Source of the DNA: Aggregatilineales bacterium
GTDB taxonomy: Bacteria; Chloroflexota; Anaerolineae; Aggregatilineales; Phototrophicaceae
DNA: 32,000 nt
NCBI GenBank assembly: GCA_040219275.1
Contig: JAVJSU010000072.1
Coordinates: 56,099 to 88,098 of the forward strand
Direction: 5' to 3'
The notes under the pieces are model-generated. The model ran no database searches, was not told the origin of the DNA, and saw only the letters and a list, made by a program, of their open reading frames with translations. Position numbers and translations under genes: made by a program. The first letter of the stretch is position 1. Each line of letters begins with the position of its first letter. Of the stretch, positions 10,459-18,136 are shown piece after piece.

Positions 10459-11094
10459 TTACGAGGAAAAGATGAAGCCTTCAGCGGCTGCCCGACTGAT
10501 CATGTGCTCATTGGTCGTCGCACCAAAACGGACACGTAACTTCTCCCGCACCCAGTACACACGACGCGGATGGATATCCAGAGCGAGTGCAATCTGTCCG
10601 ACATGTCGCCCCTGTGCCAGCAATCGTAAGACACCGCGGGCTTCCTGATCCAGTTGCCAGTCCCGTTGGGGTGTCTGCATGGCAGTCAGATATTCGGCAT
10701 TGGCTGTCGGCGACAAATACAAACGATCCCGCATCACCGTTTCAATCGCACAGATCAGGGAGTCTTGCAATTCATCCCCCTTATACAGGTAGCCATGACA
10801 ACCCGCCGCGAACAAATCCCGGATGAGCAAGCCATCGCGCAGGTAGCCACTGACCAGCACCTTCGTTTTTGCTGAGATTTGCAACACATCTTCCACGATC
10901 TGCAAAATATCCACCTCTGGATCAAGTCGTTCATCAACAACAATCACCTGTGGCTGGCGCTCTACCGCGACTCGTAAATCGCTCAGTGTATTCACACTGG
11001 CTTCCATGATGAATTCAGATCGTCCCTTGAGTACCGCTTCCATTCCCAGACGGATCAGGTCGGCGGCATCGGCAATCATCAATCGAACCTTCAT
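10459..11094 (-). CDS. NarL/LuxR-family response regulator-like protein
   Basis: ORF 10459..11205; likely start MKVRLMIADAADLIRLGMEAVL at 11094. Receiver-like N-terminus plus a C-terminal LuxR-type HTH (RGVLRLLAQGRHVGQIALALDIHPRRVYWVREKLRVRFG). Confidence 0.82.
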   Translation of the reverse strand: MKVRLMIADAADLIRLGMEAVLKGRSEFIMEASVNTLSDLRVAVERQPQVIVVDERLDPEVDILQIVEDVLQISAKTKVLVSGYLRDGLLIRDLFAAGCHGYLYKGDELQDSLICAIETVMRDRLYLSPTANAEYLTAMQTPQRDWQLDQEARGVLRLLAQGRHVGQIALALDIHPRRVYWVREKLRVRFGATTNEHMISRAAAEGFIFSS

Positions 11095-11241
11095 ACAGTC
11101 TCTTCCACCTTTCTGACATGTTAAAACCCAGCATAGCATGACTGCATCTGGAAGCTTCGTCGATATGTACGCCACGCCCGTTAATTTGTACGTGGCGCTC
11201 GTCAATTTTTCATTCAGGTGAAATTAGCGAGAAAGCGAGGA

Positions 11242-11871
11242 TTATTCTCTCAGCAAACCATAGGCCACTGCTGCTGGAATGATCTGCTCATTATTGTTGA
11301 CATGAAGATATTTCTTGATGCGGGTACGGGTATCGTAAATGACGCGCCGCGAGACACCGATTCTGTCGGCAATATCGCGCACCGACTGCCCTGCCGCCAG
11401 TAGATTCAGGACTTCCAGATCACGTTCCGTCAATTCCCGCACACTACGCCGATGATACGGCAGTGCCGCAGCTTCTGAGGATAGATATGTTTCGCCTGCC
11501 AGGATACTCTTGATTGCGGCTGGAATGGTCTCCTCTAACTTGCTCTTGTGATAAATATAGCCTCGTGCCCCACCCGCGAACAAAGCCCCGATATAGTCGG
11601 TGTTGAGACGACTGCCAATCACCACCTGCCCCAATCCGGGATAGTGTTGATGGAGATAGCGCACCAATTTAACCGCATTTTCTTCCTTTGGAAGTTGATC
11701 CGAAAGCAACAGGATACGGGCACAAACGGTTTCTAGATGAGCAACAAGTGTCTTGAAGTCAGCAAAATCATGTACCTGCCCTGTCGGCACGCCAGTCTTT
11801 TCAACCAGCATCCGCAGTCCATTGCGACTGAGTGCCTCTTTGTCTAGGATTACGATCCGGGCTTGTTTCAC
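11242..11871 (-). CDS. NarL/LuxR-family response regulator-like protein, paralogue of the neighbouring gene
   Basis: MKQARIVILDKEALSRNGLRMLV...GYIYHKSKLEETIPAAIKSILAGETYLS...LTERDLEVLNLLAAGQSVRDIADRIGVSRRVIYDTRTRIKKYL; canonical LuxR HTH. Confidence 0.87.
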   Translation of the reverse strand: MKQARIVILDKEALSRNGLRMLVEKTGVPTGQVHDFADFKTLVAHLETVCARILLLSDQLPKEENAVKLVRYLHQHYPGLGQVVIGSRLNTDYIGALFAGGARGYIYHKSKLEETIPAAIKSILAGETYLSSEAAALPYHRRSVRELTERDLEVLNLLAAGQSVRDIADRIGVSRRVIYDTRTRIKKYLHVNNNEQIIPAAVAYGLLRE

Positions 11872-12016
11872 AATCTTGCGCCTCTATTTTGCTTTTTACA
11901 TGGGATATGAACTCAAAATACGAACTATTGTTCTGGTATTCTTCATTATATTACAAAAAACAAACACCAGTAAAGGTGTCTGTCGTTATAGTTTCGTTTG
12001 GTTTTTTGAGGGGGGA

Positions 12017-12205
12017 TTAATCTAAATGATCAGCATCTTCTGCTTTGATATACTCATCATTCATGGCGCGTTCGATATCAGCAAAATCTTCTTCGCTCAG
12101 CCCTTCACGAATATCTTCAAGTGCCGCAAGCAATTCATCCATATTCACTGTTTTAGAATTGGAAAATTCAGGATCATTTCCCCAGCCTTTTACGCCACTC
12201 ATCAA
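12017..12205 (-). CDS. small acidic hypothetical protein, candidate partner of the HEPN/AbiU2-like gene
   Basis: 62-aa strongly acidic ORF that overlaps the 3' end of 12174..12935 by about 32 nt on the same strand. Confidence 0.45.
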   Translation of the reverse strand: MMSGVKGWGNDPEFSNSKTVNMDELLAALEDIREGLSEEDFADIERAMNDEYIKAEDADHLD

Positions 12206-12935
12206 AAATTACCTTGTCCTTATCTGATAATTTTTCGTATTCTTCAGCAAAAACAATAATTGGATCATCACAAAACCAATAGCTTTGACCAGCAACTAAT
12301 TCAAAAATTTCATCAATATCCAATTCATTTCGCTCGTCACGCGATTGACCGTAATCCCATGACCTAAGGTCATAATAGGTACTGAAACCAAGTACATGAA
12401 ATACACTCGATGAGGCATCAAGCAACTCCTGAAGAACATCAATTGAAAGTTGATAAGGCACAATGGATTCCGGTCCTGTTACTTTCTTCCAGTCAAGATG
12501 TGCGATGTGATGATTTCTTACTTCTGTAATTTTTTCCTCTAGCGAGGCAACTTTCTTTTCAAATCCCTTCGTCCTCTCGCGCAAAATCTCGTCCACTTCC
12601 AGGTCTATCTTATCTACACGATATTGTTTTGGATCAAATATTTTGTTCTTGAATCGGCGAAGTGAAAGTTCAGAGGATTTATCAAATATCGCTGAGAAAG
12701 CAATCAGAACTGAATCAAAAAATGACTTGTTGGTGAGTCGCCAAAACACCCGTTTGTCCTCCGGAACAAACAACTGATATGGGAAGTTGCTTAATCGACG
12801 TAAAATGATGATTTGTTGTGCAATATCAGAAAGATGTTGCCACGTAACTGCATGTTGCTTCTTGTATTCATCAACTTTTTCAGGCTTAATGACATCTTCG
12901 ACTTCAATAATTACCTCTGAACCCCATCGTTTCAT
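12174..12935 (-). CDS. HEPN/AbiU2-like hypothetical protein
   Basis: 253-aa, predicted helical, with KKVASLEEKITEVRNHHIAHLD, which contains an RNHHIAH (R-x5-H) HEPN-like motif. It is AT-richer than its neighbours. Family assignment is by motif style only. Confidence 0.55.
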   Translation of the reverse strand: MKRWGSEVIIEVEDVIKPEKVDEYKKQHAVTWQHLSDIAQQIIILRRLSNFPYQLFVPEDKRVFWRLTNKSFFDSVLIAFSAIFDKSSELSLRRFKNKIFDPKQYRVDKIDLEVDEILRERTKGFEKKVASLEEKITEVRNHHIAHLDWKKVTGPESIVPYQLSIDVLQELLDASSSVFHVLGFSTYYDLRSWDYGQSRDERNELDIDEIFELVAGQSYWFCDDPIIVFAEEYEKLSDKDKVIFDEWRKRLGK

Positions 12936-12938
12936 AGA

Positions 12939-13364
12939 TTAATTCCATAATTCATCATCATCTTCATCCCCAAATAAATTACCCATACCAACACTAAACG
13001 TTTCACGGGCATCACTAGGATCAATGTGATCATCCGTTCCGGCGAACATACTTGGCAGTTCTTCCGGCTCGGTGGCTTCAGTGATCTGCACACCACCATA
13101 GCCACCTCCCCTGCCATGAATCAATCCTGTAATGAATGAAGCCATGAACTGCAAGAGATCCAGCGTCTTGCCCGTTTGCTCCTGTACCGTATGAACTGCC
13201 AGCAACATCCCCACCAGCACGTGTTTCAGCTTACGTTGACTGGCGAGTTCCTGTGCGACCTCCCAGGCTTTAGCTTGTGCTTCATCATCCAGATCAAACA
13301 CCAACAAATATGATCCTGATTCCGCCTGTCCATTGGGCGGTTTCTGATAATGCCGTTTCGCCAT
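12939..13364 (-). CDS. candidate ParR/StbB-like adaptor protein of the partition operon
   Basis: 141-aa ORF translationally coupled (TAATG) to the ParM-like gene; contains FDLDDEAQAKAWEVAQELASQRKLKHVLVGMLLAVHTVQEQTG. Function inferred from gene order. Confidence 0.5.
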   Translation of the reverse strand: MAKRHYQKPPNGQAESGSYLLVFDLDDEAQAKAWEVAQELASQRKLKHVLVGMLLAVHTVQEQTGKTLDLLQFMASFITGLIHGRGGGYGGVQITEATEPEELPSMFAGTDDHIDPSDARETFSVGMGNLFGDEDDDELWN

Positions 13365-14632
13365 TATCCCGTTACTTTCCGGTTGACCTTCTTATTGCTG
13401 GCACTCATCGGCAGTGCACCATAAGCATTGAGTTCCCACAGTGGAATACCCTTCAAGTGCGGTACGACATCCGGATGCAGAATGTTTTTATTCGGATACT
13501 GTTTTAGGATTTGCGGCAGGATATACACCCAGCCACCACCTGCCAATAAGATCGAATCTGCCCCCTGCTGATAGCTACGCTCCAGCTTCTCTTCGATGAT
13601 ATAGCGAGAAAAACGCGCTGATACCAGTTCAAAAATCGCCTGTAGATCGAGAATCCGCCCGTTGAGTTTCACCCGTGCATAGTTGGGTTTCATCTTGCCC
13701 AGTGACCATTCTCGCAACCAGGCATCCACCTGTACCGGCTTCATGCGCGGTGTGGATTCACCTGCCTTGAGGAATTGATCGCGGATATAATCCATCACCG
13801 GTTCAATCATCTGGCGTAAAACTCCGGCATCCCGATCCGTTGCAAATGCCATGCTTTCTGCATCGAGCTTACCGTTACGAACAGCATAAGTGTCGTAGGT
13901 ACCATGACCCGCATCATGAATATGTACCTGCCCTGTCAGCAGATCATCTCGCCCATCTGAAGATGGAATTAACACATCATTTCCGTTGGCATCATAGGCA
14001 TACGCACTGAATGCTCCCACGCCCTCCGGCACAACAACGACTTTACCGATGATAAAGCTTCGAGGTTTCTTGTCATAGCTCATCTGGATGGTCCATGTGC
14101 CAGTTTTATCCTTCGCCTCACCATATTTGAGGTTCTGTTTAATCGCTTTTGCCACACTGTTGACCAATCCGGGAGGTGCAGAGGTGACAATCGTCAGCGG
14201 TGTATTTTCTGGTGCGTTAAGGGCTGCCAGCAGACATAACAACATGAAAATATGAATCTCTGAGCCATAGCGTTCTTCGGAGTTTACGAAAGTCTCTGGC
14301 GGATACTTGCTCTGCTCCCAGACGTTATCTCCAATGGCAAAGCGCCCCCCTGCTACATCCGCGTACACCATTTCGTTCAGCCCGATGGTGGTCACATCAG
14401 TGTTCATAGAATAGCCGGTAACTGGCACACGCACGTTAGGAAGCATAAAATAATGGAGTTCTCCATCCACTAAATGCCATGCACTGGATGTGCCATTACC
14501 ACCATCCCATGTGATGATTGTCGGATCGAGTTCCCATTGAAAATCACTGGCATTGGCATCTGCGGGCGTGAGTGGAATTAGCGTTTTATTCGGTTTATAT
14601 CGGATCATTTTGCGTCTCTTTCTTTTGCTCAT
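13364..14632 (-). CDS. ParM/StbA-like actin-family plasmid segregation protein
   Basis: 422 aa with actin-like fold motifs: ADVAGGRFAIGDNVWEQ, TIVTSAPPGLV, VHIHDAGHGTYDTYAVRNGKL, DSILLAGGGWVYILPQIL. Confidence 0.78.
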   Translation of the reverse strand: MSKRKRRKMIRYKPNKTLIPLTPADANASDFQWELDPTIITWDGGNGTSSAWHLVDGELHYFMLPNVRVPVTGYSMNTDVTTIGLNEMVYADVAGGRFAIGDNVWEQSKYPPETFVNSEERYGSEIHIFMLLCLLAALNAPENTPLTIVTSAPPGLVNSVAKAIKQNLKYGEAKDKTGTWTIQMSYDKKPRSFIIGKVVVVPEGVGAFSAYAYDANGNDVLIPSSDGRDDLLTGQVHIHDAGHGTYDTYAVRNGKLDAESMAFATDRDAGVLRQMIEPVMDYIRDQFLKAGESTPRMKPVQVDAWLREWSLGKMKPNYARVKLNGRILDLQAIFELVSARFSRYIIEEKLERSYQQGADSILLAGGGWVYILPQILKQYPNKNILHPDVVPHLKGIPLWELNAYGALPMSASNKKVNRKVTG

Positions 14633-14679
14633 ATAAGAGTCTAACTGGCTTATTTGGATGGAAATTGGGCAAAATCGTT

Positions 14680-14707
14680 CCTATATATATGGTTGTATAT
14701 ATATAGG
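14680..14707. promoter_or_regulatory. perfect 11-bp inverted repeat upstream of the parM-like gene
   Basis: CCTATATATAT (14680-14690) / ATATATATAGG (14697-14707) with a 6-bp spacer, in the divergent intergenic region between the parM-like and MerR-like genes. Confidence 0.6.
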
Positions 14708-14789
14708 GGGGTCTTTTTTGCTCCTTAGAGTTAAAATTGCCTTCTTTTTCGTAATTACACTACGGGATTAAAGCTATAATATAGAGTAC

Positions 14790-14808
14790 ACTTGTAGAAG
14801 TTACAAGT
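14790..14808. promoter_or_regulatory. candidate operator dyad upstream of the MerR-like gene
   Basis: ACTTGTA-gaagt-TACAAGT perfect 7-bp arms, just downstream of a TATAAT at 14775-14780 and 21 nt upstream of the GTG start at 14830. Confidence 0.55.
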
Positions 14809-14829
14809 CAAGCTTATAGGAGTTGGAAT

Positions 14830-15375
14830 GTGAAAACTTATACACCTGGAGAAATTGCAGTTGTAATTGGAGTTAGTGCAAGCTCCATTAGAAATTGGAC
14901 TGAGCAAGAAGAACTTCAGCCTTATCTATCTGATATGGCAACCCGCCGGAATGATTTTGAACACGCTAAACAACGTGAATATACGATAGAAGACCTCTAT
15001 GTTCTAAATACAATTGGCAAAGCGAAGACACGTCACAATAGTTGGCAAGATGTAGCTGACTTCCTTGAAGATGGCAACATTTATAAGGATTTACCCGCTT
15101 CTGCCGCTTTGGTTCTACAGGAAACAGCTGCAGAAGGTTTTGCTGACAAAATAATGCTTCATCAGCGAATTGAGTTTCTGGAAGTAACTATCAGGGATCA
15201 AGAGGCTGAGATCGAACAGTTGCGCCAGCGAGTTGAGGAAGTTCGGAATGAAGAACGAGATGTAGCAAAGACTGAACGTGCAGAACTTCAATCAACCATC
15301 AACGATTTGAATCGATTGATCGGCAAACTAGAAGCAAAAATTGAAATGCTCAAGGAAAGCACAAACGACGAATGA
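14830..15375 (+). CDS. MerR-like/KfrA-like DNA-binding protein with C-terminal coiled coil
   Basis: GTG start; YTPGEIAVVIGVSASSIRNWTEQEELQPYLS...REYTIEDLYVLNTI winged-helix start followed by a long heptad-rich Glu/Gln/Leu region. Confidence 0.75.
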   Translation: MKTYTPGEIAVVIGVSASSIRNWTEQEELQPYLSDMATRRNDFEHAKQREYTIEDLYVLNTIGKAKTRHNSWQDVADFLEDGNIYKDLPASAALVLQETAAEGFADKIMLHQRIEFLEVTIRDQEAEIEQLRQRVEEVRNEERDVAKTERAELQSTINDLNRLIGKLEAKIEMLKESTNDE

Positions 15376-15428
15376 TATTGTCTAGTGTTCCAAAACAACA
15401 ATGCAGATAAGTAGGGCAGTTAGAAATC

Positions 15429-15815
15429 ATGAGCAAGAAAAAGCAACAAGGACATTATTGTAGGGTCTGTGGACGTTACCGAGCCAACGAAAAATTTAGC
15501 GGAAAAGGTCATCGACAGCATATCTGCAAGGACTGTAATCGTAACCAGCAAGCACAAAAGCGTGAGAAGAAACACGCAACAAAGCAAGCTGCTGAAGTTG
15601 GGTTACCAGTGCCCAAGCGTTATCCGATGACACGTTACCAGGCAGCCAGCTATCTCGGTATCACACCATCTGCATTTGATTATCGGCGTAAAAAACTAGA
15701 GCTGGAGCCATCTGGAACCTACGAGGGGAAACAGGGTACAGGCTTTCTCTTCGATATGGAAACAATTATCGCTGTTTACCGATACAGCCAAACGGATGGT
15801 AGTAACTCGGAGTGA
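15429..15815 (+). CDS. small zinc-ribbon plus HTH-like protein
   Basis: CRVCGRYRANEKFSGKGHRQHICKDCNR zinc-binding module, then a basic linker and YPMTRYQAASYLGITPSAFDYRRKKLELEPSGTYEGKQGTGFLFDMETI. Confidence 0.68.
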   Translation: MSKKKQQGHYCRVCGRYRANEKFSGKGHRQHICKDCNRNQQAQKREKKHATKQAAEVGLPVPKRYPMTRYQAASYLGITPSAFDYRRKKLELEPSGTYEGKQGTGFLFDMETIIAVYRYSQTDGSNSE

Positions 15816-15844
15816 ATTATGGCAGTGCAAATGACAGAATAGGG

Positions 15845-16010
15845 AATTGTGTCATTGTGGCAAATGGCATTTCCACTGCCGCATTTTTAACGGGTTTTTA
15901 TAGGTCTAAAGAGTTCAAAAATTAGGTAATTTTACGATTATTTGTCATAAACCGTCAAAAACAGGTCGGAAATGTAGCATTTAATGTGGCAGTAAACCTA
16001 TTGCCATAAT
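15845..16010. repeat. copy 1 of a duplicated intergenic regulatory region
   Basis: Near-identical to 19791-19956. The first ~77 bp (AATTGTGTCATTGTGGCAAATGGCATTTCCACTGCCGCATTTTTAACGGGTTTTTATAGGTCTAAAGAGTTCAAAA) is identical; similarity extends through TTTAATGTGGCAGTAAAC.TGTTGCCATAAT-like sequence. A short shared AATTATGGCAGTG also precedes both copies. Confidence 0.95.
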
Positions 16011-16036
16011 TCACCAGATATACATACGAGGAAATA

Positions 16037-17056
16037 ATGGAGCAAAAACTATCTGTACAAATCCTAACGTATCTATGCAACCTCATCATGACATCGCCCT
16101 ATAGAACAATGCGTGAACTGACTATCTTCTTCAAACAATTCGATGTACCCGATGTGTATGGTAACCCGTCACGCACAAACTACACTGAACAGCAACTTAT
16201 TGAATTAAATAATCAGGGAAAGCTCATCTCTGTTATTGAACAAGCAGTTGATCCAAGAAATTTCTTTGAATCAGAAATTGACATTGAAGAGATCATTGCG
16301 GAAGCCAATCGGTTTCTTGCTCTTGATGATCTTTTACTCATAAAAGCAAGGAATGGCTACAAAGTAAAGCTTCTGGGAAATCGTCATCATTCTGGTCAAC
16401 CGATAAAGAACATCATTTTTGGCTCTACAGGACCAAAACCAGATATCGTTCTTCGTGATGCACTGACTAATCAAATCGAAATCACTCAAAATGCTGAACA
16501 CTGCCTAGTCTATGATCACCACATCAATGACGAAGCAGGGTTGTCATGGGATGAACTGGTCGAGTGGTGGATGAGTTTGAATCAGTTGAAAAGCAGAAGT
16601 GATATTATTGAAAGAGAACTCTATCAACGGTTGAGGAAATCAATCCCCGAAACATCACCACCCGCCCGCAACTTGTTTCATTCTTACTATAGCTTTAAGC
16701 AACAGGGGATTCAGCGGCTTCCTGCATTACTTCCAGAGGTATATCTTCACTTTGATCCTAAGACCATTATTGAACGAAATGGGAAAAAGGTTCTGAACCG
16801 ACAGCGAATGGATTTCCTTTTGTTATTGCCATACGATGTGCGTATCGTGATTGAGGTCGATGGCAAACATCACTATGCGGATGGGGATATCGCAAGCCCT
16901 GAAAGATATGGCGAGATGATGATGGAGGATCGAGAATTGAGATTGATGGGCTATGAAGTGTATCGCTTTGGTGCAGTGGAGCTAAACAAGTCTATTGCTG
17001 AATCTAATGTAAAGAGCTTTTTTCGGCGCATATTCAAAAAGTATGGTATTTTGTAG
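16037..17056 (+). CDS. PDDEXK-like (DUF559/Vsr-type) nuclease domain protein, possibly AbiJ-like
   Basis: C-terminal LNRQRMDFLLLLPYDVRIVIEVDGKHHYADGDIASPERYGEMMMEDRELRLMGYEVYRFG matches the D...ExDGxxH arrangement of Vsr/DUF559-like endonuclease folds; unrelated helical N-terminal region. Confidence 0.72.
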   Translation: MEQKLSVQILTYLCNLIMTSPYRTMRELTIFFKQFDVPDVYGNPSRTNYTEQQLIELNNQGKLISVIEQAVDPRNFFESEIDIEEIIAEANRFLALDDLLLIKARNGYKVKLLGNRHHSGQPIKNIIFGSTGPKPDIVLRDALTNQIEITQNAEHCLVYDHHINDEAGLSWDELVEWWMSLNQLKSRSDIIERELYQRLRKSIPETSPPARNLFHSYYSFKQQGIQRLPALLPEVYLHFDPKTIIERNGKKVLNRQRMDFLLLLPYDVRIVIEVDGKHHYADGDIASPERYGEMMMEDRELRLMGYEVYRFGAVELNKSIAESNVKSFFRRIFKKYGIL

Positions 17057-17127
17057 TAAAGTTCCCCATGAAGTGTGAACTCGTGGTATTCTTATAGTGC
17101 AACTCAAAACTGTTAGAAAGAATCAGA

Positions 17128-17379
17128 ATGCAAAGTGCGATGACACAAATATTTGACAACCCGGTAGACGGCTGGGTGACAATGAAAGAGGCTGGTCGAA
17201 TCATAGACCGTGATACCTCAACCATTCGTTACTGGGCAGAAAATGGCAAGATCGCTTGCTTTAATGTTGGCACCAGTAACATTCGCATTGTTAATGTAGA
17301 GCAAGTAAAAGAATACTCAGCTAAGCATTCTTATCGTCTTGATAGACCAAAGCGTAGTCAGAAGAAGAAAACAGAGTAG
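17128..17379 (+). CDS. small excisionase/MerR-type HTH protein
   Basis: GWVTMKEAGRIIDRDTSTIRYWAENGKIACFNVGTSNIRIVNVEQVKEY, typical Xis/MerR-like HTH with wing and Lys-rich tail. Confidence 0.75.
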   Translation: MQSAMTQIFDNPVDGWVTMKEAGRIIDRDTSTIRYWAENGKIACFNVGTSNIRIVNVEQVKEYSAKHSYRLDRPKRSQKKKTE

Positions 17380-17851
17380 GGGAGTTGGCAAATGTTCCCA
17401 CTTTGTTGTAAACTGTGGACGTAGTAAAAAATCGTTAGTGATTTATAAAAGAGGCATGTACTAATGGATCCATAAAGGGGAATGATTTAGAAGGGTAGTT
17501 GGCGCGGACTTGCCATCCGAGCAGTTGTCACTGTGCCTAGAATCAGCGAAGCCCTCTGTATTTTGGTTAGCCGCCTACATCCAGAGAGCTTTATCCAATC
17601 CCACCGGGGTGGACTTGTAAAGCCCCGGACTAGGTTCGCTTTGTTATTTCATATAATAGCGGATTTTGTTCGAGTTTGCAAGTTAACGCTCCTTAAACTT
17701 GTCGGTGGTTTTGGTAGGAATCTTCCAACAAACAGGTTTTTTGACACTACCCGATGCACCAGTGTTTCATTTTTGTGATATGATAAAATCCTAGAATATT
17801 TGTTCGTATTTGGTGATTGAACTATGTCACAAAAAACAAGGAGAAATTAGG

Positions 17852-18112
17852 ATGCAACAACGCGAAAGTCCCTATTTGGAGCCGAGCCAATCTACGTCAA
17901 TGCCTGGCAAGCCCGTCGTAGATCGACCCGGTGAACCACGACTGAACAGAATCAAAGACTCTGTTCAAAGTGATCTAATATTATACCATCGTTTGAAAAA
18001 AGTTTCATCAAGCGTGTATTTTCACAGGTTTCTTCATGTGGTTCGTTCTCGCAACGTTCAGCCTTTTTGCAATCACTTCCAGAGTTCAGGAAGAGATAAC
18101 AGGGTTATTTAA
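17852..18112 (+). CDS. small hypothetical protein
   Basis: ORF track 17810..18112. The internal ATG at 17852 has a strong AAGGAGA ribosome-binding site, giving an 86-aa product MQQRESPYLEPSQSTSMPGKPVVDRPGEPRLNRIKDS.... Coding status not certain. Confidence 0.4.
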   Translation: MQQRESPYLEPSQSTSMPGKPVVDRPGEPRLNRIKDSVQSDLILYHRLKKVSSSVYFHRFLHVVRSRNVQPFCNHFQSSGRDNRVI

Positions 18113-18136
18113 AACACGTGAAGGAGCGGTCTAATT

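Noticed and set aside
3519-10648. Numerous plus-strand ORFs of 60-170 aa across the T4SS-like region (e.g. 9697..10020, 10148..10648)
   Set aside because: They lie antisense to well-supported minus-strand genes or cross their intergenic regions, have low-complexity or proline/serine-rich translations, and lack supporting RBS or domain signals.
11170-11197. CGCCACG/CGTGGCG stem-loop between the two LuxR-type genes as a terminator
   Set aside because: The 7-bp arms are real, but no T-run follows on the minus strand used by the flanking genes, so terminator function is not supported.
17500-17640. IS200/IS605 end, omega RNA or group II intron fragment
   Set aside because: No TnpB/IscB, transposase or reverse transcriptase is adjacent, and the complementary segments do not form a recognizable known RNA class by eye; kept only as an unclassified structured-region candidate.
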